From IMG/VR virus record IMGVR_UViG_3300048904_000146, positions 1-42,791 of that record: 42,791 nucleotides of DNA. One strand, 5' to 3'. This document shows positions 21,762 through 29,642 of the stretch, piece after piece; the first letter of the stretch is position 1, and every line of letters starts with the position of its first letter. This stretch comes from a virus. The notes under the pieces were generated by a model. The model made no database searches and was not told the origin of the DNA. It saw only the letters and a list, made by a program, of their open reading frames with translations. The translations under genes were made by a program, and so were the position numbers.

Positions 21762-23399
21762 GTGGCCGAGATGAAGGAAACCGCTGCAGAGATCGTCAAG
21801 CGCGCCGACAAGGCGCGGAGCGATCGCGCGAACTTCGATCGGCAGTTCGAGCAGATCGCCAAATATGTGCTGCCCCGCGCCGACGGCTTCATCGGCAAGA
21901 CCACCAAGGGCGCTCGCAAGAACGAGCTGATCTTCGACAGCACCGCGCAGCTGGCGCTGCCGAGCTTCGCCGCGGCGATCGAGAGCCTCGTCATGCCGCG
22001 CACCCAGAAGTGGCACAATATCGTGCCCATGGACGCGCCGCTGCGCAGCAACCCGCGCGTCATGGCTTATTGCGAGGCGGTGCGCGACCTGCTGTTCCAG
22101 GTCCGCTACAGCCGCCGCGCCAACTTCGCCAGTCAGGCCAGCGAGGTCTTCATGTCGCTCGGCGCCTTCGGCACCGGCGGGCTGCTGGTCGAAGACGGCA
22201 TGTCGCGCGGCATCCTCTACCGATCGATCCCGCTGTCGCAGCTCTGGCTGATGGAAGACGCCTGGGGTTTCATCGTCGGCTTCTACTGGCGCTACACACT
22301 GGAGGTGCGCCAAGCGATCGACAAGTTCGGCCGGGAGAACCTGCCCGAGCATGTCACCAAGTTCGCCGAGAACGAGCCGTCGAAGGAGTTCGAGTTCCTC
22401 TTCCACGTCTGCCCCAACGAACAGCGCGTCGCCGGCAGCGTCGGCGCCAAGGGCATGGCCTTCTGCGCCTATGACGTCTGCATCGAGGGCAAGCACCTGA
22501 TCCGCGAGAGTGGCTACCGCACCTTCCCCTTGGCCGTCTCGCGCTACACCGTGGCGCCGGGCGAAATCTACGGCCGCAGCCCGGCATGGGACGCGCTGCC
22601 CGATATCAAGACGCTCAACGAGATGGCGAAGACCAGCCTGCGCTACGGCCAGCTGGTGACCGATCCGCCTTGGCTCACTGCCGACGTCGACAGCATGTCG
22701 CCGTTCAGCATGCGGCCCGGCGCCATAAACGCAGGTTTCATGGATGAAAGGGGCAACGTCCTGGCGAAAAGCGCGGCGCCACAAGGCGACCCGCGTTTCA
22801 GCCTGGAGCTGCAGGACCAGCGCCGGCAGTCGATCAACCGCGCCTTCCTCGTCACGCTGTTCCAGATCCTTGTCGAGACGCCCGAGATGACGGCGACCGA
22901 AGCGCTGCTGCGCGCGCAGGAGAAGGGCGCGCTGCTTGCGCCAACCATGGGCCGCCAGCAGAGCGAGTTCTGCGGCACGATCATCGAGCGTGAGCTGGAC
23001 ATTCTCGGCCAGGCCGGCGTGATCGAAGCGGCCTGCGGCCCGATGCCCGAGGAGCTGGCGGGCTTCCTCGATATCGAATATGACAGCCCCCTCACCCGTG
23101 CGCAGCGCAGCGAAGAGGCGCTCGGCACGATCCGCACGCTGGAGAGCGTCGGCACCATGGCGCAGTACGATCCCGGCGTGCTCGACGTGATCAACTACGA
23201 TCGCGCCTTCCGCGTGGTCGCCGACGCCAACGGCGCGCCCCTGAAGATCATGAACACGCCCGAAGAGCTGGCGGCGATCCGCCAGCAGAAGCAGCAGCAG
23301 CAGGATATGCAGCTCGCGCTCCAGGCGGCACCCGTCATCGCCGACACGGCGAAGAGCGCTGCGCAAGCGCAGCAGGCGTCCACGGCCGCGCCGTTCTAA
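21762..23399 (+). CDS. Portal (head-to-tail connector) protein, T7 gp8-like
   Basis: 545 aa; N-terminus ...RSDRANFDRQFEQIAKYVLPR parallels T7 gp8 ...NDRAPYETRAQNCAQYTIPS; position after terL; GTG 6 nt after GAGGAA. Confidence 0.85.
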   Translation: MAEMKETAAEIVKRADKARSDRANFDRQFEQIAKYVLPRADGFIGKTTKGARKNELIFDSTAQLALPSFAAAIESLVMPRTQKWHNIVPMDAPLRSNPRVMAYCEAVRDLLFQVRYSRRANFASQASEVFMSLGAFGTGGLLVEDGMSRGILYRSIPLSQLWLMEDAWGFIVGFYWRYTLEVRQAIDKFGRENLPEHVTKFAENEPSKEFEFLFHVCPNEQRVAGSVGAKGMAFCAYDVCIEGKHLIRESGYRTFPLAVSRYTVAPGEIYGRSPAWDALPDIKTLNEMAKTSLRYGQLVTDPPWLTADVDSMSPFSMRPGAINAGFMDERGNVLAKSAAPQGDPRFSLELQDQRRQSINRAFLVTLFQILVETPEMTATEALLRAQEKGALLAPTMGRQQSEFCGTIIERELDILGQAGVIEAACGPMPEELAGFLDIEYDSPLTRAQRSEEALGTIRTLESVGTMAQYDPGVLDVINYDRAFRVVADANGAPLKIMNTPEELAAIRQQKQQQQDMQLALQAAPVIADTAKSAAQAQQASTAAPF

Positions 23400-23420
23400 G
23401 GGCCACAACGGAGAACACAG

Positions 23421-23660
23421 ATGGACAACCAGCACAAGAAGATCAGCGGTTACCGCGATCTTTCCCAAGCCGAGATCGATAGCATGAACGCGGTCAAGGC
23501 GTTGGAAGCGAAGTTCAATTCGCTTATCGATCGGCTGCGCAACATGGAAGGCGTCGACCAGCGCAATGCCGCGCTAGCGGCGACCCACGGCGAAGATGCT
23601 TTCATGCGCGCGGTTCGCGCTATTGCGCAGCCGGCGCGCCTGACGGATGACAGCCAGTGA
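23421..23660 (+). CDS. Hypothetical protein (79 aa)
   Basis: SD ACGGAGAAC upstream of ATG. Confidence 0.65.
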   Translation: MDNQHKKISGYRDLSQAEIDSMNAVKALEAKFNSLIDRLRNMEGVDQRNAALAATHGEDAFMRAVRAIAQPARLTDDSQ

Positions 23661-23929
23661 ACGGCCTGATCCTTCCGCGCAAAGAGCGCGACAAGCTCGG
23701 CGTCTTGCACGAGCAGTTCCTGAAGAGCGAGATCGAGAGCTACGTCGTGATCGCCGTCAAGAACGACGGCACCTGCGAGGTGAACTTTGATCTGCACGAA
23801 GGCATGCACATGCCGGGCCTGAACAAGATCGGCGGCGGGCTGACGGCGGCGTATAACCACGTCGTCCAGCTGGCGATCGAGCTCGACGCGAAGCAGAAGC
23901 ATGAGGCGTCGCTGAAGAAAGCGAACTGA
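23657..23929 (+). CDS. Hypothetical protein (90 aa)
   Basis: GTGA overlap with preceding stop; high GC3. Confidence 0.6.
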   Translation: MNGLILPRKERDKLGVLHEQFLKSEIESYVVIAVKNDGTCEVNFDLHEGMHMPGLNKIGGGLTAAYNHVVQLAIELDAKQKHEASLKKAN

Positions 23930-24198
23930 TGGACACGCGCTACCGCCGCAAGCAAGTCGCGATCCGCCGCCTGTTGCTCGACCCGAACGGCCGACTCAAC
24001 CCCGGCGCGCGGGCCTTGGCCGTCGAGCTCAAGCGCGTCTGTAATCCCCGTGCCGTTCTGGTCTATGACCGGCACGGCGCGGTCGACCCTATCGGAACCG
24101 CGGCCGCTGCGGCAACCCGGGAGGTGTGGGACCATTTCGTCCGGCTCCTGCACCTCGAGCCTTTTGAAGCGGTGAACCTGAGAGAAGAGGAAGAATAG
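23929..24198 (+). CDS. Hypothetical protein (89 aa), portal-scaffold interval
   Basis: TGATG junction; high GC3. Confidence 0.6.
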   Translation: MDTRYRRKQVAIRRLLLDPNGRLNPGARALAVELKRVCNPRAVLVYDRHGAVDPIGTAAAAATREVWDHFVRLLHLEPFEAVNLREEEE

Positions 24199-24199
24199 C

Positions 24200-25138
24200 A
24201 TGGCAACGAGTGCAGCGTCCGCGCTTGCCGCGGGTAACGCTGACGGTGGGGCAGACCCCGCCGCCGGCAGCGAACCGCAGGGTGGGGGTGAACAACCCTG
24301 GTATCAGGCGGCGGGCATCGACCCGAAGTTCCACGGCGCCATCACGGCCAAGGGCTGGACCAGCCCGAACGATGTGCTCGACAGCTACACGAACGTCGAG
24401 AAGCTCGTCTCGCTGGAGCGCGGCGGCGACGTCGAGCGGATCTTGGTGCGCCCCAAGGAAGGCGCGACGCCGGAAGAGATCGCCGCCTTCAACGCCAAGG
24501 CAGGGTTTGCCCCGCCCGAAAAGCCCGAAGATTACGGCTTCACGCCGGAGACGGTCGGCAGCAAGGCGACCGAGCTGTTCGCCGCCAACCAGCTGCCGGC
24601 CGATCTCGCCGGCCAGTTCGCCGCCGAGATGACCCCCGTGGTCGAGCAGGCAACGAAGTGGATGCACGAGGCGGGCGTGCCCGCCGGCGTGGCATCGAAG
24701 CTCGTCGACCAGGTGCTCGGCTCGGAAGTCGCAGGGCTCAAGGCGTTTCACGCCAAGTCCGACGGCGATTATCGCGCGCTGGCGCAGGAGATGGGCGACA
24801 AGTTCGGCGACTTCGAGGAAGCCGGCCGCCGCGCGTTCCGCGCATCGGGCTTGGAGAGCGGCACGCTCGACAAGATCGAAATGGCGATCGGCACCAAGGC
24901 GATGCTGTCGATGTTTGCCAAGTTCGGCAGCGCCATGTCGGAGGCACAGGCACCGCAGCCGCCCAAGGGCGGCGGGGGTGCGGGCTTCCAGCAAACGGAA
25001 GCCGGCGCGCTGGCGCGCATCACCGCGCTGCGCCAGGACAGCGATTTCCAGGCCAAGCTGCTGTCGCCGAACCCGCAGGTGCGGGCGCCGGCGCAGAAGG
25101 AATGGGAAGAGCTGCACAAGGTAGCCTACCCCTCTTGA
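24200..25138 (+). CDS. Scaffolding protein (by position and composition)
   Basis: 312 aa, Ala/Glu/Lys-rich helical, directly upstream of the capsid gene; SD GAGGAAG. Confidence 0.65.
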   Translation: MATSAASALAAGNADGGADPAAGSEPQGGGEQPWYQAAGIDPKFHGAITAKGWTSPNDVLDSYTNVEKLVSLERGGDVERILVRPKEGATPEEIAAFNAKAGFAPPEKPEDYGFTPETVGSKATELFAANQLPADLAGQFAAEMTPVVEQATKWMHEAGVPAGVASKLVDQVLGSEVAGLKAFHAKSDGDYRALAQEMGDKFGDFEEAGRRAFRASGLESGTLDKIEMAIGTKAMLSMFAKFGSAMSEAQAPQPPKGGGGAGFQQTEAGALARITALRQDSDFQAKLLSPNPQVRAPAQKEWEELHKVAYPS

Positions 25139-25160
25139 CGAGAGCGTAGCAAACCGGATA

Positions 25161-25195
25161 TCCATCCGGGCTAGAAAACCGCTGGCCCGGATGGA
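25161..25195 (+). promoter_or_regulatory. 11-bp-stem hairpin TCCATCCGGGC / GCCCGGATGGA in the scaffold-capsid intergenic region
   Basis: Exact reverse-complement arms 25161-25171 and 25185-25195, 13-nt loop; 96-bp gap is unusually long for this genome. Confidence 0.4.
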
Positions 25196-25234
25196 CCGGA
25201 TAACTGGCATGGCACGCAATAGGGATACCCCGCC

Positions 25235-26140
25235 ATGTCTTTCCAGGTTCCAACCCATTTCGTTCAGGCCTACTCGAACAACGTCGAGATGCTGCTGCAG
25301 CAGCGCGGCGGCAAGCTGCTCGCCACGGTGTCGCAGGGCAGCTACACCGGCAAGGGGGCGAAGGCCGTCGAGCAGGTCGGCCCGGTCAAGCCGGTCAAGA
25401 ACCTGTCGCGCCACGCCGACACGCCGCTGATCTCGACCCCCGCCGACGCGCGGTGGGTCTTCCCGAACGACTATGAGTGGGCCGACCTGATCGACGATCA
25501 GGACAAGCTGCGCATGCTGATCGACCCGCAGTCGGCCTATGTGATGAACGGCGTGAACGCGATGCGCCGCGCACAGGACGACGAGATCCTGCAGGCGTTC
25601 TTCGCCACCTCGGCCACCGGCGAGAACGGCACCACCTCGACCGCCTTCCCCTCGGGCCAGATCGTCGGCGTCAATGTCGGCGGCACCAACTCGAACCTCA
25701 ACGTCGCCAAGCTGCGCGCCGCCAAGCGCCTGTTCATGGCCGCCGGCGTCGATCTCGATATCGAGCGTCTGTACGTCGCGATCACCGCGGCCGACCACGA
25801 CGGCCTGCTGAACGAGATCCAGGTGACCTCGCTCGACTACAACACCCGCCCGACCCTGGTCGAAGGGCGCGTGACGTCGTTCATGGGCTTCAACTTCGTG
25901 CCGATCGAGTTCACGGACACGACCGCCTATGACGCCGCGCCGCTGCTCACCTCGGGTTCGAACCGCTTGCTGCCGGTGTGGACCTCGGGCTCCATGCACC
26001 TCGGCATGTGGAACGATGTCACCACGCAGGTGAGCGTTCGCGACGACAAGCGTTACGCGACGCAGGTCTACGCCAAGACCACCATCGGCGCGACCCGCCT
26101 TCAGGAGAAGAAGGTCGTCCAGATCGTGACGACCGGCTGA
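25235..26140 (+). CDS. Major capsid protein, T7 gp10-like (HK97 fold)
   Basis: 301 aa; ...GKGAKAVEQVG...HADTP...WADLIDDQDKLRML...RRAQDDEILQAF parallels the T7 gp10 pattern SGKSAQFPVLGR...D..DAMNHYD...ADGAVL. Confidence 0.85.
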   Translation: MSFQVPTHFVQAYSNNVEMLLQQRGGKLLATVSQGSYTGKGAKAVEQVGPVKPVKNLSRHADTPLISTPADARWVFPNDYEWADLIDDQDKLRMLIDPQSAYVMNGVNAMRRAQDDEILQAFFATSATGENGTTSTAFPSGQIVGVNVGGTNSNLNVAKLRAAKRLFMAAGVDLDIERLYVAITAADHDGLLNEIQVTSLDYNTRPTLVEGRVTSFMGFNFVPIEFTDTTAYDAAPLLTSGSNRLLPVWTSGSMHLGMWNDVTTQVSVRDDKRYATQVYAKTTIGATRLQEKKVVQIVTTG

Positions 26141-26174
26141 TCTCGGCTCCTGAACTCGAAGAGGAAATCGCACC

Positions 26175-26609
26175 ATGGCAAATCTCTACTCCACCGAAAC
26201 CGCAGGCGTCGACACCCGCCCGGCCGTCAAGCCGAGCGCCGGCGCCTACGGTGCGCGCTATCGTCGCTACCGCGCGTCGATCACCCTGGCCGCGCAGGCG
26301 ACCACCGACAACATCCTGCTGGCGGTGATCCCGAGCGGCAGCATCTTCGCGGGCGGCGTGCTCACTGCGTCGGTGTCGCTCGGCACCGCGGTTATCGCGA
26401 TCGGCACCTCGCAGACGCATGCCAGCAACGGCCAGCTGCGCGCGGCCGGCACCTTCACCGCCGTCGACACGCCGACCAATTTCGGCAACACGGCAGTGAT
26501 GGCGCAGGCGGCGCTCGCGTCCGACACGCGCATCTATCTGACGATCGCCACCGCGGCGCTGCCGGCGTCGGGCACGCTCGTCGTCGACCTCTACTACTCG
26601 AACGCCTGA
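26175..26609 (+). CDS. Hypothetical structural-module protein (144 aa), possible head decoration or fibre
   Basis: SD GAGGAAA; beta-rich Ala/Thr/Gly composition; directly after the capsid gene. Confidence 0.6.
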   Translation: MANLYSTETAGVDTRPAVKPSAGAYGARYRRYRASITLAAQATTDNILLAVIPSGSIFAGGVLTASVSLGTAVIAIGTSQTHASNGQLRAAGTFTAVDTPTNFGNTAVMAQAALASDTRIYLTIATAALPASGTLVVDLYYSNA

Positions 26610-27115
26610 TGCGCGGGCTGGCGCTCCTCTTCGTCGCGCTGGCCGGGCTCTCCGCGAGCCCGGCCTTTGCGCAGGCGACATACCCCACCGTGGCGGGCTC
26701 GCGCGTCAACGGCGTGGTGAGCCTCACCTGCGACGCGACCGGCGCCAACTGTGCGCCGACGCCGGGCGGCCAGGGAGCGCCGACGTCCGACGCTAACGCC
26801 GGAATCGCGCAATCGTCGACGCCGACAGCGGCGGCCAGCCGCGTGATCAAGGCGTCCCCCGGCAACTTCTATGGCTACAACGTCACGTCTGGCGCGAGCG
26901 CAGGGTACATCCTGATCTACAACGCCACGACGGCGCCGGCGGACGGCACCGTAACGCCCGTCATGTGCTTGCCCTTGGCCGCCAATACCGGCGTAGATAC
27001 GAGCTACCGAACGCCCGAATATTTTAGCGTCGGGATCGTCATCGTCTTTTCGACGACCGGGTGTTTCTCGCAGACCGCGAGCGCCACCGCGTTCATTTCG
27101 GGCAACGCCAAGTGA
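26609..27115 (+). CDS. Predicted exported protein (168 aa) with cleavable signal peptide and 4 Cys
   Basis: MRGLALLFVALAGLSASPAFA-QA (n-h-c regions, AxA site); mature part has 4 Cys; TGATG junction. Confidence 0.65.
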   Translation: MRGLALLFVALAGLSASPAFAQATYPTVAGSRVNGVVSLTCDATGANCAPTPGGQGAPTSDANAGIAQSSTPTAAASRVIKASPGNFYGYNVTSGASAGYILIYNATTAPADGTVTPVMCLPLAANTGVDTSYRTPEYFSVGIVIVFSTTGCFSQTASATAFISGNAK

Positions 27116-27477
27116 TCCGTGCGTTGGTCTACGCAGCGATCGCGCTTTGCCTAGCCGCGGTGCCGTCGCGGGCGCAGGTCGTGTCCCCGCTGTACCCGAC
27201 CGGCTCGTTGATCGATCAGACCGTCGTTACGCTCGACGCCAGCGGCAACGCGACGTGGGCCTTCACGACCGTGTTTCCCGGCGTGCCCGCTATCGTTCAT
27301 CTGCCGAAGCAGATGAACGGCACTGACGCGCTGATCTGCAACTGGACGTCGGTTTCGCAGACCAGCGTCACCATTCATTGCTGGCGCACCAACGTGCTGT
27401 CGGGGCTGCTGTCGGGTTTGCTCGGCGGGTCTGTCACTGGCGCGCAGGTAAGTCTCGTCGCCCGCTATATTCCGTAG
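27112..27477 (+). CDS. Predicted exported protein (121 aa) with signal peptide and 2 Cys
   Basis: GTGA overlap; VIRALVYAAIALCLAAVPSRA-QV; two Cys in the mature part. Confidence 0.55.
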   Translation: MIRALVYAAIALCLAAVPSRAQVVSPLYPTGSLIDQTVVTLDASGNATWAFTTVFPGVPAIVHLPKQMNGTDALICNWTSVSQTSVTIHCWRTNVLSGLLSGLLGGSVTGAQVSLVARYIP

Positions 27478-27487
27478 GAGCCGCCGA

Positions 27488-27691
27488 ATGTCCGTCCAAT
27501 ACGACAGCACCCCGCGAGCGGTGGCCGATGCCTCGAACGTCGCCACGACGCTCGGCGCGGCGTCGCTAGGCGGAACGATCGCGGTGCGCGTGATCATCGA
27601 CGACGCGGTGATCGGCTCGAAGGACACGGCGCTGCGGCACATCGAAGCGGTGATCAAGAAGATCACCGAACAGACCTGGCCGGCGGCCTGA
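27488..27691 (+). CDS. Stand-alone paralogue (67 aa) of the N-terminal domain of the adjacent SGNH protein
   Basis: SD AGGAG; MSVQYDSTPR...LGG..VRVIIDDAV..SK..LR...WPA aligns with residues 1-65 of 27696..29054 at roughly 45 percent identity (hand alignment). Confidence 0.6.
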   Translation: MSVQYDSTPRAVADASNVATTLGAASLGGTIAVRVIIDDAVIGSKDTALRHIEAVIKKITEQTWPAA

Positions 27692-27695
27692 TCCG

Positions 27696-29054
27696 ATGGC
27701 GCAGCAGTACGACGCCACGCCGCGAACCGGAAACGACAACACCGGCATCGCGCTCTCTTCGGCATCCGGACTCGGCGGTCCGGGGGTTCGTGTCGTTGTC
27801 GACGACGCCGTAGCGACATCGAAAGCCGAGGTGCTGCGTATGCTCACTTCGGTCAAGAACCAGATCCTCAAGAACGACTATCCGGCCGTAGCAGGTACGC
27901 CGACACCAGGCGTTACTTTTGCCTTTCCCGCGGTTCAGTCGAAGATGGCGTCGGGGCAGCGATCCCAAATCGGTATCGTCGGTGATTCGGCCGTGGCAGG
28001 CTGGGGTTCGGGCATCCTCACCGGCAACGCTGCGGGGGCCAACGCAGGCAACCCCGGCAACTATGTACGCGCGAAGTCCTGGCCGTCGCAGCTCAAGAAC
28101 CTTCTTGTGGCTGCGGGCATTCCCTGCCGCAGCGATGCATACTTCTCATCGCAGATTGATACCAACCTCACCAACATGCAGTCGGCGAACCCCAATATCG
28201 TGGTCGGCAGCGGGTGGGTTTTGGCTGTATACAGCCTCAGCGGCACCGTCCTTCAGTCTCCCAACACCGTCACCTCGAATACGCAGTTCACGCCCGAGAT
28301 TGCGGCGGACAAGTTCGACATTCTGCACTCGGCGAACGCCGGGCTCGGCACGATCTTGATCACCGACGAGGATGGTCTAAACGTGTCGATCGACTGCAGC
28401 ACGAATGCAGGCGCGCAGGTCATCAACAGCACCGGCCTCGGCATGAAGCGCACCACGGTGTCTCGCCCGGTAGCCTCGACAAAGCCGATCCAGATCAGTC
28501 GCTCGACCGGCGGTGCCATCTACATCGAAGGCATCATCCCGTACAACTCCGTCACGCCCTGCCTTGAGCTGCTCAACATGGGCTGGCCGGGATCGCGGGC
28601 CTATGGCACGAGCGGATCCGGCATCTGGAATATCTGGGCTGATCCGTCCACGATGGGCGCGATCACGCCGTACAACGCCCTCGGCGCGCTCAACTGCGAC
28701 GCCTATATCATCGAGCTTGGAACGAATGACGCGGCAGCGAGCATCGCGGACGCGGACTTCCAGACCGCGATGACTAACATTGCGACCAAGCTGAAGGGCC
28801 AGGCAGGGAACAACGGGCTCAACGTCGCCGTGGTAAAGTGCCGGACGACGATCGGCAGCTACGCCAGCTACAACATGACCCCCGGCTACCTCGCCGCGCT
28901 GGACACGATCACGTCGAGCCTAGGCCTGTCCCCCGTCATCAACTTCAACACTATCAGTTTCGTCACCGCTGATCGCTTCGACGGCACCCATCTTACCGAG
29001 CAGGGCTACGGCAAGGAGGCCGTCGTCGCTCGTGTATCGCTGATAGGCTCGTGA
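27696..29054 (+). CDS. SGNH/GDSL-family hydrolase (probable polysaccharide or LPS esterase) with N-terminal adaptor-like domain
   Basis: Block I IGIVGDSAVAGWG, block III IIELGTNDAA, block V DGTHLTEQGY. Confidence 0.8.
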   Translation: MAQQYDATPRTGNDNTGIALSSASGLGGPGVRVVVDDAVATSKAEVLRMLTSVKNQILKNDYPAVAGTPTPGVTFAFPAVQSKMASGQRSQIGIVGDSAVAGWGSGILTGNAAGANAGNPGNYVRAKSWPSQLKNLLVAAGIPCRSDAYFSSQIDTNLTNMQSANPNIVVGSGWVLAVYSLSGTVLQSPNTVTSNTQFTPEIAADKFDILHSANAGLGTILITDEDGLNVSIDCSTNAGAQVINSTGLGMKRTTVSRPVASTKPIQISRSTGGAIYIEGIIPYNSVTPCLELLNMGWPGSRAYGTSGSGIWNIWADPSTMGAITPYNALGALNCDAYIIELGTNDAAASIADADFQTAMTNIATKLKGQAGNNGLNVAVVKCRTTIGSYASYNMTPGYLAALDTITSSLGLSPVINFNTISFVTADRFDGTHLTEQGYGKEAVVARVSLIGS

Positions 29055-29308
29055 TGAGCACCGCCACCGAACAGTTCGTCGCGGATTTCTGCGCCCCGTT
29101 CCTCCTGTCCATGAAGGCGCTGCTGTCCTTCGATGACACGCCTCGCCTGGGGTGCTTCGTCATGGACACCGAGCACCTGATCTGGTGGAAGGACGGGTTC
29201 TTCGCGGTCTGCGATCCCGACGCCCACGCGGACGCGGTGGCGCAGAAGCTGCGCAACCTGCTCGTGCTGACGTCGGTGTTCGACAATCAGGCCGCGGCGT
29301 CGATCTGA
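29051..29308 (+). CDS. Hypothetical protein (85 aa)
   Basis: GTGA/TGATG junction with the SGNH gene; 3' end overlaps the convergent regulator gene by 22 nt. Confidence 0.55.
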   Translation: MMSTATEQFVADFCAPFLLSMKALLSFDDTPRLGCFVMDTEHLIWWKDGFFAVCDPDAHADAVAQKLRNLLVLTSVFDNQAAASI

Positions 29309-29583
29309 TAGCCGTCCGAGTGTTGCGAGAACAGCAACCGGCCGCCGACCTTGCGATTGACGTTGTGCATGTGAATGCGGAGGATCTGATACGCCTCTTC
29401 GGGCCCGCCATCGGCACGGTCAGAATATAGCATATCGAGCAGGTCTTCGCGGGTGGTCCGTTGGCCTCGGCGCAGCAGCAGGATCTCGACCAGGCGCAGT
29501 TCGGTCGGCGTCAGGTGGACGGTGCGGCCGTTAGCTTGCAGCTGCTGGCGGCGGGTCATCGGCATGGTGAGGCGCACTTGCAT
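29287..29583 (-). CDS. Orphan OmpR/PhoB-type winged-helix DNA-binding domain protein (98 aa, no receiver domain)
   Basis: VHLTPTELRLVEILLLRRGQRTTREDLLDMLY...ILRIHMHNVNRKV...SDGYQI fits the trans_reg_C pattern (LTp.E..LL..L....g.v.sRe.L...v....l.vhI..LR.Kl....GY.l); high GC3 on the minus strand; SD GGGAGAA. Confidence 0.8.
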   Translation of the reverse strand: MQVRLTMPMTRRQQLQANGRTVHLTPTELRLVEILLLRRGQRTTREDLLDMLYSDRADGGPEEAYQILRIHMHNVNRKVGGRLLFSQHSDGYQIDAAA

Positions 29584-29612
29584 ATCGGTTCTCCCAACTC
29601 GACGGGGCCGCC

Positions 29613-29642
29613 AGCATAGTGTATCGCTGCGGCCATGAGCAA
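29613..29642 (-). promoter_or_regulatory. Candidate promoter TTGCTC-N18-TATGCT for the winged-helix gene
   Basis: -35 = reverse complement of 29637-29642 (inside the first codons of the tubular A gene), -10 = reverse complement of 29613-29618; same -10 hexamer as the candidate leftward promoter at 18013. Confidence 0.3.

Noticed and set aside
20724-23468. 914-aa ORF on the minus strand opposite the portal region
   Set aside because: Shadow ORF typical of GC-rich DNA. The plus strand carries recognisable genes (portal and others) with strong GC3 bias and SD-preceded starts. The antisense product is Arg/Gly/Ala/Leu-rich low-complexity sequence with no motifs.
24089-26176. 695-aa minus-strand ORF opposite the scaffold and capsid genes. 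Similar long shadows occur at 2727..4154, 8766..10358, 30710..32146, 33772..34797, 34876..35937 and 39921..41588.
   Set aside because: All overlap well-supported genes on the other strand and lack coding signatures of their own.
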